Positions 6,813-13,997 of a DNA stretch of 13,997 nucleotides are shown in pieces (within the stretch, counting starts at the first letter, position 1; each line of letters opens with the position of its first letter). Below the pieces are notes generated by a model that worked only from the letters and a program-made list of their open reading frames with translations, did no database searches and was not told the DNA's origin. Source of the DNA: Caedibacter taeniospiralis (GTDB lineage Bacteria; Pseudomonadota; Gammaproteobacteria; Francisellales; Francisellaceae); assembly GCF_002803295.2 (NCBI RefSeq), contig NZ_PGGB02000009.1, positions 53,324-67,320 of the forward strand, in the 5' to 3' direction. Made by a program: the position numbers and the translations under genes.

Positions 6813-8619
6813 GCTGGAGCTAAAAAAATTGATTCACGCTTGCTTTGAAAAATATTTTTTACCAGCAAAAGAAATGAACATTTCACAGTGGTCAGAAGCC
6901 TATGTATATTTGCCAGCAGGCACCTCGGCAGTACCAGGCAGGTGGCGAACATTGCCCTATCAGGTTGGCGTAATGGAGGCAGCAGAAAATACAAAAATAA
7001 ACAAAATCACCTTAATGTGGGGAAGTCAGTTAGGGAAAACGGCGTTAATCAATAATATTCTTGGTTACTACATTCAACATCAACCTGCGTCACAAATGAT
7101 GATGCAACCCAGTGAAACAGATACAAAAATTTGGTTAAATACAAAATTCTATCCAATGGTCAGAAACAGTAAAGAAATTGAAAGATGTCTTGCAAAGCCA
7201 CGGGGACGTGATGGTGTTAATACTAATCAAATGAAAGAGTACTACGGAGGGTTTCTAATGATGGCTTGGTCGGGCTCCCCAAATACCATGCGCGGGCGCT
7301 CGGCACCGAAGATTTATGCCGATGAGGTCGATGGTTATGAGCGCACCAGCGAGGGGCATCCCGTTAATTTATTATGGCAGCGTGCGGCAACTTTTGGCAG
7401 CAAGCGTAAGCTATTAATCACAAGCACCCCGACGCACAAAGGGGCGTCATTTGTTGAAATGAGTTATCTATCGGGTGACCAGCGTCAATTCTACGTGCCC
7501 TGCCCGCACTGCAATGAATTTCAAACTTTACAATGGAAAAATGTCACTTGGCAAAGTGATAAAGGAAAACATGATATTAAAAGCGCACGCTACGCATGCG
7601 AGCATTGTGGTAGTTTAATCAATGACGGACAAAAACTGGCGATGATTCGCAAGGGTGAATGGCGAGCAAATATGCCATTTAATGGGCATGCAAGCTTTCA
7701 TTTAAACGAGTTATACAGTCCCTTTAGAACCTTTGCTGATATTGTGCAATCGTTTTTGGAGAAGAAACAAACAGGTGATTTAAAAACCTTTGTGAATGTG
7801 TCATTGGCTGAAACATGGGAGGAGGAAGGTGAACAGCTAGAGCCAGGCAGTTTATTGGCGCGTGTTGAGTACTGGGAAGCATTACCAGAGGGTGTTGCTT
7901 TAATTACCGCTGGCATCGATGTGCAGCAGGATAGAATTGAACTGCAAGCCGTTGGCTGGGGCGTGGGTGAAGAAAGCTGGATAATTGATTATAAAGTCTT
8001 TCATGGCGAAACCAGTGAGGATGAGGTTTGGCGTGAGCTTACGCAATACCTTGTGCATAAGCGTTATCCGCATCAGTCTGGTAAACAACTGCCCATTGCT
8101 TTTGCCTGCTTAGATACAGGGGGCACTAATAACATGACCTCCAAAGCCTATGATTATGTCAGGCGCAGTCGGATTGGCTTGCCCTTTGCAATCAAAGGTC
8201 GCGGTGGTGAGCATCCTTTCGTTGCTGCCCCAAGTCGCAAACGTGTGCCCAATAAGAAGGCGTTTGATTTATACATGATTGGCATGGATGAGGGTAAAAG
8301 TATTTTATACAACCGTTTGAGACTTGAAGAAGAGAAAGGTGCAAGCGTCATCCACTTTGATGCTAAGGTGTGTGATGCGCGTTATTTTGGGCAGTTGACC
8401 GCTGAAAAACGATTATTGCGCTATCAAAAAGGTTTCCCAAAGTATGAATGGCATAATGTCGCCCCTGATAAGCGCAACGAAGCACTAGACACATATATCT
8501 ACGCGCTAGCGGCATTAAGGATTACCAATATTGATTTGAGCTTAAAACGCCAGCAGTTAAAGCAAGAAGCGAAGGACAATCCAAAGAAAGCAACAGCTAA
8601 AAAGAGTTACAAACTTTAA
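6805..8619 (+). CDS. Phage terminase large subunit, lambda GpA family
   Basis: PGRWRTLPYQVGVMEA, MWGSQLGKTALINN (Walker A-like), PKIYADEVDGY (Walker B-like), ITSTPTHKG, CPHCNEFQTL..., and C-terminal nuclease region. GGAG 6 nt upstream of the ATG at 6805 (track start 6793 also possible). Confidence 0.95.
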   Translation: MTELELKKLIHACFEKYFLPAKEMNISQWSEAYVYLPAGTSAVPGRWRTLPYQVGVMEAAENTKINKITLMWGSQLGKTALINNILGYYIQHQPASQMMMQPSETDTKIWLNTKFYPMVRNSKEIERCLAKPRGRDGVNTNQMKEYYGGFLMMAWSGSPNTMRGRSAPKIYADEVDGYERTSEGHPVNLLWQRAATFGSKRKLLITSTPTHKGASFVEMSYLSGDQRQFYVPCPHCNEFQTLQWKNVTWQSDKGKHDIKSARYACEHCGSLINDGQKLAMIRKGEWRANMPFNGHASFHLNELYSPFRTFADIVQSFLEKKQTGDLKTFVNVSLAETWEEEGEQLEPGSLLARVEYWEALPEGVALITAGIDVQQDRIELQAVGWGVGEESWIIDYKVFHGETSEDEVWRELTQYLVHKRYPHQSGKQLPIAFACLDTGGTNNMTSKAYDYVRRSRIGLPFAIKGRGGEHPFVAAPSRKRVPNKKAFDLYMIGMDEGKSILYNRLRLEEEKGASVIHFDAKVCDARYFGQLTAEKRLLRYQKGFPKYEWHNVAPDKRNEALDTYIYALAALRITNIDLSLKRQQLKQEAKDNPKKATAKKSYKL

Positions 8620-8942
8620 AGCACAGCTAATTTTGAACTAACAAGTCGATTAAGGCTTATGCCTTGCTCAGCTGCTTTAATAGCAAGAGTTCGATGCGAT
8701 TCAGGTGGTATTCTAACCATAAATGAACCGCTATACTTTTTCTCAGAAAGTGGCGCTGGAATTGCTTCAGCGGAGGCTTGCATATCAAACAAAACCTCAT
8801 GCACAGTTGTGCGAATTCCTTTCAAAGCTAATTCAGGGGATGTGTCAAGCCACGATAATGAAGGGAATTCAGCGCATAAGCCAATGTACTCATTATCATC
8901 AGCTGACCAGGTAACACGGTAGGTATAGTGATCGGCATTCAT
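8616..8942 (-). CDS. hicB: HicB-family antitoxin (ribbon-helix-helix C-terminus), second hicAB locus
   Basis: YRVTWSADDNEYIGLCAEFPSLSW... and C-terminal GSFMVRIPPESHRTLAIKAAEQGISLNRLVSSKL; 4-nt overlap with upstream hicA. Confidence 0.88.
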   Translation of the reverse strand: MNADHYTYRVTWSADDNEYIGLCAEFPSLSWLDTSPELALKGIRTTVHEVLFDMQASAEAIPAPLSEKKYSGSFMVRIPPESHRTLAIKAAEQGISLNRLVSSKLAVL

Positions 8943-9187
8943 TTTTGCATGTCCTCCAATTTTTTAATGGCTAGCAGAACTTGTTTCACCTGATACGGTT
9001 TAGCTTTGCCATTAGCATTTTGAATATTGATTCTGGGGTCACCAATCCAAGGGGTTTTAAATATCATGTGACTACTGCCAGATTGTCTAGGCTCACCAAA
9101 ATATTCTGTGCATATCTTAGCAAGTTCGTTAAAACTCACATGAGCAGGATTGTTTTTCATTTGCGCTAAAACTTTGTTAGTCGGCAC
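8939..9187 (-). CDS. hicA: HicA-family toxin, intact (GTG start)
   Basis: KVLAQMKNNPAHVSFNELAKICTEYFGEPRQSGSSHMIFKTPW... with YQVKQVLLAIKKLE, typical of HicA/YcfA proteins; ATGA overlap with hicB. Confidence 0.85.
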   Translation of the reverse strand: MPTNKVLAQMKNNPAHVSFNELAKICTEYFGEPRQSGSSHMIFKTPWIGDPRINIQNANGKAKPYQVKQVLLAIKKLEDMQK

Positions 9188-9217
9188 GCTACTATGCTCG
9201 TTTTATATTTTGCACCA

Positions 9218-9246
9218 ATAGTAGCAATATTGATACTAAAAGTCAA
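9218..9246 (-). promoter_or_regulatory. Putative hicAB2 promoter with embedded near-perfect 20-bp palindrome
   Basis: - strand TTGACT (9241-9246), 17-nt spacer, TACTAT (9218-9223). TAGTAGCAATATTGATACTA (9219-9238) is palindromic except for one mismatched pair. Confidence 0.6.
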
Positions 9247-9326
9247 ATAAGTAAGGACAGATTGACGTACTGTTGACATCCTACGCTCCGCAAAGGAAGG
9301 TGTTTTACGGCGCCTCTTTATAAACT

Positions 9327-9635
9327 CTAAGCAGCACACTCATGTAAATCCACCGCAAAATGAATATTATTTCTGTCGAGTAAATCTTGTAAGGCAAGCT
9401 CAATAAAAACTTGTTCAGAATGTCCTAGAATTTGTGCAAATTTTTGTGCCTGCTTGACACTCATTGTTTTACGGTTATTTTCAAGAGCAGATAAATATTG
9501 CTTTGAAACACCGAGTTTATTTGCGAAATCAGCTTGGCTAGATTCTTCACAAGTTCGTAAAGCCCATATTGCTTTGCCAAGCGTTAGTTTTGCTCCAGTT
9601 ATACTTTCAATTAATCTGCTTGTTTCAGTATTCAT
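9327..9635 (-). CDS. XRE/HTH antitoxin (HigA-like)
   Basis: HTH SQADFANKLGVSKQYLSALENNRKTMSVKQAQKFAQILG; overlaps the 3' end of the upstream RelE/HigB-like ORF by 11 nt. Confidence 0.85.
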   Translation of the reverse strand: MNTETSRLIESITGAKLTLGKAIWALRTCEESSQADFANKLGVSKQYLSALENNRKTMSVKQAQKFAQILGHSEQVFIELALQDLLDRNNIHFAVDLHECAA

Positions 9636-9921
9636 GTTTATTCACCTCATCAATTTCAATATAATTCAGTTCAACACTTCCCTTAGCATGTTCGGTATAA
9701 ATGGCACGATGTGCTTTGTTTAATCGTACTGACCGCTGACCTTTTCTATTTCCCTGCAGAGGTTCATCATGATAACCTTTGCATTTTCTCGTTTCTATCA
9801 GACCAATAGCTTCCACCGACCTTGTCCACATCGTGATTTTTAAAGCAATTTGCGCAGGGACTTTCTTTAAATCCTTCTGAGCTTGTTTACCCAATTTAAT
9901 GTGTTTTGTTTCCATAAACAT
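9625..9921 (-). CDS. RelE/ParE superfamily toxin (HigB-like)
   Basis: 98-aa basic protein (...KDLKKVPAQIALKITMWTRSVEAIGLIETRKCKGYHDEPLQGNRKGQRSVRLNKAHRAIYTEH...) with toxin-first gene order ahead of an XRE antitoxin. Confidence 0.82.
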   Translation of the reverse strand: MFMETKHIKLGKQAQKDLKKVPAQIALKITMWTRSVEAIGLIETRKCKGYHDEPLQGNRKGQRSVRLNKAHRAIYTEHAKGSVELNYIEIDEVNKHEY

Positions 9922-9947
9922 CGGCTTATGACGTTAGGTTAAATGTT

Positions 9948-9976
9948 ATAGTAAACCAAAAAGGTTTATATTTCAA
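9948..9976 (-). promoter_or_regulatory. Putative higBA-like promoter with embedded inverted repeat TAAACC-N5-GGTTTA
   Basis: - strand TTGAAA (9971-9976), 17-nt spacer, TACTAT (9948-9953); perfect 6-bp arms at 9952-9957 and 9963-9968. Confidence 0.55.
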
Positions 9977-10050
9977 GGAAATAGATAAAACTTTGCACAA
10001 ACTCCCCTTCCCCTGCTCCATAAAATAGCTTTATTAAAGATGGGGGGCTT

Positions 10051-10299
10051 ATGGATATTGAGAAAGAGTTACAGCAGAAATATGCTGAGTTAGAGGCGAT
10101 TCGTGCATCCATTAATAAGGTCATCGGCAATGCGCATATTGAATCGTATAGCGCAACAGGTAATTCAATCACGTATCGTGAAATGAAAGATTTGCGTGCG
10201 GAGGAGTCACGGCTGATGTTTGCGATTAATCAGCTTGAGCTGATCAAACAAGGTCAACGAGGCTCGAGCATTGTGAGCACAAGCTTTAGGGTGCGCTAA
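10051..10299 (+). CDS. gpW-like head-tail joining / phage head protein
   Basis: 82-aa ORF between terminase and portal; SYSATGNSITYREMKDLRAEESRLMFAI resembles gpW-family proteins; stop overlaps the portal ATG (TAATG). Confidence 0.75.
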   Translation: MDIEKELQQKYAELEAIRASINKVIGNAHIESYSATGNSITYREMKDLRAEESRLMFAINQLELIKQGQRGSSIVSTSFRVR

Positions 10300-11774
10300 T
10301 GGGCTTGTTATCATTGTTTAAGCGTGAGAGAGGAGCAAAACGCACAAGCCCATCATTTGAATTCATCGCACAAAAGCGCATGTACGAGGCAGCGCGTTCA
10401 CAGTTGGTGCGTGATGTTTTTAGTGGAGGTGATATCGATGAGATCATTGAATCGCAATCCAGTGCGATTTTGCGTCGCGCGCGTGAAGCCTATGCTAACA
10501 ATGATTATGTCAAAGGCTATATATCGATGGCGTGCACGAATATTATTGGACATCAAGGCATCCGCATTCAGTGCAAAACGCAAAGTGAATCACTGAACAA
10601 TAAAACGGAGCTTAACTTTAATCGTTGGGCGCGTCGGGGCAGATGTGATGTTACGGGACAGCTGTCACTTATTGATGTGCAGCTTGCCTGTGTACGTGCG
10701 CTTTTGCGGGATGGTGAGTTTTTTGTATTAAAACACGTCATCGATGGACAGTTGCAATTGCAGTTAATTGACAACACAAGAATTGATGTCACTAAACGTG
10801 CGACATTAAGCAATGGCAATAAAATCATTAACGGCATAGAACTCAATCAGCTTGGTAGGCCTCAAGCGTATTATTTGTTGGCTGATAATGGCGCGGATAC
10901 ACAGCGCATTGCGGCAAGCAACATCATTCACGGGTTTATTCATGAGTTTATCGGGCAAAAGCGTGGCATTTCAACGATTGCCACGGCATTAATTCGGCTG
11001 GGACTCTTGAAAGAGTTTGAAACGGCTGCCGTGGATAACGCCAGATGCAATGCTAAATCGATGGGGTTTTTCAATCAAGCAGAAACAGAGGTTGATTATA
11101 ATGCCTTAGCAGAAAGAGACAGGGAGGCGGATAATAGCTTTGATATCCAAACCTTAGATGACCGCGCACAATTTCATGTGATTAAGTCAGGATATAAGCT
11201 CGAGAAGTTTGACGGGCAGTTTCCAAGCGCCAACTATGCTCCGTTTAAAGAGTCTATTTTAAAAGCGATTAGTTCCAGTCTGGGTTATGGGGTCAATTAC
11301 ATCAATCTGGGCAATGATTTAAAAGGGGTGAGTTACTCAAGTGCGAGACAAGGCTTATTAAGCGAGCGTGATGCGTGGCGTATGCTGCAAACACTGCTTA
11401 TTGACACCTTAATGCACCCTGTTTTTGACAGTTGGCTTGAGGTTGAGTATTCAAGCGGCAGATTAGGCAACATCAGTGTGTTAAGCTTGGATAATTTAAT
11501 TGATACGGTACGCTTTCAAACGCGCGCATGGGCATGGATTGACCCATTGAAAGATGCCAAAGGCACCACTGAAAGCATTAATAATCGCACGATAAGCTTG
11601 TCGCAAGCTATTCTAGACGCAGGTGGCGACCCTGAGGATACCTTAAAGCAAATTGCTGCTGATTTAGTGCGCTTAAAAGAGCTAGGCATCGTCAATGAGG
11701 TAAGCCCTGAAGAAGACATTCAAAAACAAGTGGAGGATGGAGTAAACAATGCAGAACTATATCAAGACGATTAA
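10299..11774 (+). CDS. Phage portal protein, lambda family
   Basis: AREAYANNDYVKGYISMACTNIIGHQGIRIQ, RWARRGRCDVTG, GQKRGISTIATALIRLGLLKEFETAAVDNARCNA; located after TerL/gpW. Confidence 0.94.
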   Translation: MGLLSLFKRERGAKRTSPSFEFIAQKRMYEAARSQLVRDVFSGGDIDEIIESQSSAILRRAREAYANNDYVKGYISMACTNIIGHQGIRIQCKTQSESLNNKTELNFNRWARRGRCDVTGQLSLIDVQLACVRALLRDGEFFVLKHVIDGQLQLQLIDNTRIDVTKRATLSNGNKIINGIELNQLGRPQAYYLLADNGADTQRIAASNIIHGFIHEFIGQKRGISTIATALIRLGLLKEFETAAVDNARCNAKSMGFFNQAETEVDYNALAERDREADNSFDIQTLDDRAQFHVIKSGYKLEKFDGQFPSANYAPFKESILKAISSSLGYGVNYINLGNDLKGVSYSSARQGLLSERDAWRMLQTLLIDTLMHPVFDSWLEVEYSSGRLGNISVLSLDNLIDTVRFQTRAWAWIDPLKDAKGTTESINNRTISLSQAILDAGGDPEDTLKQIAADLVRLKELGIVNEVSPEEDIQKQVEDGVNNAELYQDD

Positions 11775-13641
11775 AGAAGCGGAAATTTTGACCCGTGATT
11801 ACACGTTTAATGCCACGCATAGTAAGATTGATATGGATAAGCGCACGGTTGAGTTGAGTTTTTCAAGTAATACGCCCTACCAGCGTTGGCAAGATGCCAA
11901 TGAAGTATTGGAGCATCACGCGGGAGCGATTGATTTAACCCGCTTAAATAACAAGGGAGCGCTGCTTATCAATCACGACTGGAATCGCCAGATTGGGGTG
12001 GTTGAGCATGCGTATATCGATGGCGATAAAGCGCGCGCCGTGGTGAAGTTTTCCAAGCGTCAGGAAGCCCAGGACTTTTTTCAAGATGTTCAAGATGGGA
12101 TTATTGCCAATGTATCCGTAGGCTACAAAGTCGATGAAGCAGAGCCTGATGCAACCAATAAAGCGGTACGTGTGACGCACTGGCAACCGTTTGAGATTTC
12201 ATTAGTCAGTGTGCCTGCAGATGTCACCGTAGGCATTGGACGCAATTTTGCACAAAGTTGCAATGATGAAGCTGCTAAGCTAGATGCAGTTTTAGATAAG
12301 GTTAGTAAAAGTAAAAACAATCCTGAGGGGGAGAGAATGAGTAACGACGTAAAAGAAGTAAAAGAAGTTAAAACAGAGTCACAAATCACACGCTCATTTG
12401 ATGAGGGTATTAAAAATGAGCGTGAGCGGATTGCAAAAATTGACGCACTGGCAAGGAAATTCAATCAGGCAGAGTTTGCACGCAGCTACATTGAAGGTGG
12501 AAAACCTTTTGAGCAGTTTGAGCGTGACTTTGTCGAACATGTGCAGTGGGTTCAGGAAAAGCGGGAAAGAATGACCAAGCTGGAAAGCAACAGCCCGCAA
12601 GTTAATGCGGTACAATCCTGTGCCAATAACATTGGAATGAATGATAAAGAAACGCGCGAGTTCAGTTTATCGCGTGCGGTACGTGCACTGGTTAATCCGT
12701 TTGATATGAAGGCGCGTGAGGCTGCCAGTTTTGAGTTTGAGGCTTCCGATGCTGCAAAGCGTAAGCTTGGCATTAATGATGATTCGCTGATGATTCCACC
12801 TGATGTGCTGCAGCGTGATTTCAGTATTGCCACTGGGCGTAATGCTTTAGTGCCAACACAACTGCAGAGCTCTAGTTTTATTGACATGTTGCGTAACAAG
12901 TCGATTATGCTTAGCATTGCACGCAGGTTATCTGGCTTGCGAGGGAATGTGGATATTCCACGCCAGGTGGAAGGGTCTAATATTTACTGGGTTGGGGAAA
13001 AGCAAGACGTTGGTGAAGGCAAGCTCACCACTGACCAGGTTCATTTAACACCAAAGACCCTGGGTGCTTATTTGGAGGTCTCGCGCATGCTGATGATCAA
13101 TAGCTCACTGGATGCCGAAACCATGGTGCGTAACGACTTATTGGCAGCAGTAGCACTGGGAATTGATACGGCGGCATTGTATGGCACTGGCAGCAATCAT
13201 CAACCGTTAGGCTTAACGGGAGTTAGCGGTATCACTGCTGTTGAATATGCAGGAGATAATCCAACCTTAGCGGATTATATCGGCTTAGAAACCAGTATTG
13301 CATTACAAAATGCCGATGTTGCTAACATGCGTTATCTACTCAATCCTGCGCTCAGGGGTGCGGCTAAAACCACACCAAGATTGCCAGGCAGTGAAATGAC
13401 GGTATGGGAGCCAGGCAATACAATTAATGGCTATTCGGTTGAGGTCAGCAATCAGATTAAACCAAATCAGGTGATCTTTGGTGACTTTAGCCAGTTGATT
13501 GTAGGGTTGTGGGATGGTTTACGCTTAACGGTGAACCCCTATAGCCTGGATAAATCAGGTGGTATCCGTTTGGTGGTGATGCAAAGTGTGGACTTTGCGG
13601 TGCGTCGTCCTGAGTCGTTTGCGATTGCTAACAAAAAGTAA
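11749..13641 (+). CDS. Fused prohead protease (HK97/S78-like) and major capsid protein
   Basis: N-terminal protease-like region (VLEHHAGAIDLTRLNNKGALLINHDWNRQIGVVEHAYI...GYKVDEAE...WQPFEISLVSVPADVTVGIGR) continuous with an HK97-fold capsid-like C-terminal half (VPTQLQSSSFIDMLRNKSIM...DVGEGKLTTDQVHLTPKTLGAYLEVSRMLM...VIFGDFSQLIVGLWDGLRL). Confidence 0.92.
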   Translation: MQNYIKTIKEAEILTRDYTFNATHSKIDMDKRTVELSFSSNTPYQRWQDANEVLEHHAGAIDLTRLNNKGALLINHDWNRQIGVVEHAYIDGDKARAVVKFSKRQEAQDFFQDVQDGIIANVSVGYKVDEAEPDATNKAVRVTHWQPFEISLVSVPADVTVGIGRNFAQSCNDEAAKLDAVLDKVSKSKNNPEGERMSNDVKEVKEVKTESQITRSFDEGIKNERERIAKIDALARKFNQAEFARSYIEGGKPFEQFERDFVEHVQWVQEKRERMTKLESNSPQVNAVQSCANNIGMNDKETREFSLSRAVRALVNPFDMKAREAASFEFEASDAAKRKLGINDDSLMIPPDVLQRDFSIATGRNALVPTQLQSSSFIDMLRNKSIMLSIARRLSGLRGNVDIPRQVEGSNIYWVGEKQDVGEGKLTTDQVHLTPKTLGAYLEVSRMLMINSSLDAETMVRNDLLAAVALGIDTAALYGTGSNHQPLGLTGVSGITAVEYAGDNPTLADYIGLETSIALQNADVANMRYLLNPALRGAAKTTPRLPGSEMTVWEPGNTINGYSVEVSNQIKPNQVIFGDFSQLIVGLWDGLRLTVNPYSLDKSGGIRLVVMQSVDFAVRRPESFAIANKK

Positions 13642-13642
13642 C

Positions 13643-13686
13643 AAAAAGATAGTAAAAAGATAGTAAAAAGATGGTAAAAAGATAGT
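13643..13686. repeat. 11-bp tandem repeat x4 (AAAAAGATAGT)
   Basis: Units at 13643-13653, 13654-13664, 13665-13675 (one A to G change) and 13676-13686. Confidence 0.95.
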
Positions 13687-13700
13687 ATAAGGGGCTGGAA

Positions 13701-13895
13701 ATGAAAGCAGAATTGTTGCGATCGATTGTTGCGGCAGGTGAAGCGCGCAAGGTCGGTGATGTGGTTGAGTTGACTAAAAATGAATATGATTTTTTAGTCA
13801 GTCGCGGGCTTGTCAAAACGGTTGTTGATAAAGAAGTACTCGAAGAAAAGCAGCCAGCTTTACGTAAAGCAAATAGCAAAAAGACAGATAATTAA
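13701..13895 (+). CDS. Small hypothetical phage head-region protein
   Basis: 64-aa ORF right after the capsid gene with an SD-like AAGGGG; MKAELLRSIVAAGEARKVGDVVELTKNEYDFLVSRGLVK. Confidence 0.6.
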   Translation: MKAELLRSIVAAGEARKVGDVVELTKNEYDFLVSRGLVKTVVDKEVLEEKQPALRKANSKKTDN

Positions 13896-13915
13896 ACGAT
13901 GGCAGTCTATCTGGC

Positions 13916-13994
13916 AGGGTGCCTCGGGCCTCATGATAGATTTTGTATATCCATACACAAAATCGAATCGGCTATCCTCGGCGGTATAAATTTT
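13916..13994 (-). repeat. Right copy of the 79-bp perfect inverted repeat
   Basis: Reverse complement of 1-79, verified base by base. Confidence 0.97.
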
Positions 13995-13997
13995 GCC

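Noticed and set aside
6551-6994. - strand ORF of 147 aa opposite the terminase genes.
   Set aside because: Antisense to strongly supported TerS/TerL coding; composition typical of a shadow ORF.
9264-9315. GTTGACATCCTACGCTCCGCAAAGGAAGGTGTTTTACGGCGCC resembles the end sequence seen near some IS200/IS605-family elements.
   Set aside because: No convincing terminal hairpin and no tnpA/tnpB ORF or second end is present. The resemblance is too weak to call a mobile element remnant.
9966-10172. - strand ORF of 68 aa opposite the gpW-like gene.
   Set aside because: Largely antisense to the gpW-like gene, no RBS or recognisable family; likely spurious.
12552-12917. - strand ORF of 121 aa within the capsid gene (and other antisense ORFs such as 10568-10846, 11944-12186, 12123-12464).
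   Set aside because: They are shadows of a well-supported capsid/portal coding sequence on the + strand, with low-complexity Ser/Leu-rich translations.
1-13997. Considered whether the window is a complete circular phage or plasmid.
   Set aside because: The terminal repeat is inverted rather than direct, and integrase, tail, lysis and most replication genes are absent, so this is a fragment.

Overview
The window is a 14 kb fragment of a lambda/HK97-like (siphovirus-type) prophage or phage genome. On the + strand, early/regulatory genes come first: a truncated Gp157-like protein, an AntA-type antirepressor, a Rha/KilAC antirepressor, RusA, a small protein with an SSB-like acidic tail, and a Mor-like HTH protein. 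These are followed by a ParB-domain/DNA methyltransferase fusion and then the packaging/head genes: Nu1-like TerS, GpA-like TerL, gpW-like protein, lambda-type portal, and a fused prohead protease-major capsid protein. Several - strand accessory genes interrupt this layout: a coiled-coil/TM protein built on 21-bp tandem repeats, a hicAB locus whose hicA looks frameshifted, an intact second hicAB locus, and a higBA/relE-xre-like pair. The main points for a second look are: (1) a perfect 79-bp inverted repeat at the two window ends that appears to cut into phage genes; (2) two unrelated hicAB loci placed tail-to-tail against a phage gene with both stop codons sharing the same TTAA; (3) palindromic operator candidates lying between -35/-10-like boxes upstream of all three TA loci, including a 3-copy array at the decayed hicAB; (4) single-nucleotide frameshifts in hicA1 and in the antirepressor C-terminus; (5) an internal in-frame start with a strong Shine-Dalgarno in the protease-MCP fusion; (6) an 11-bp x4 tandem repeat after the capsid gene. 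No CRISPR array, tRNA or rRNA was recognised. The homology calls come from recalled family features, with no database search run.
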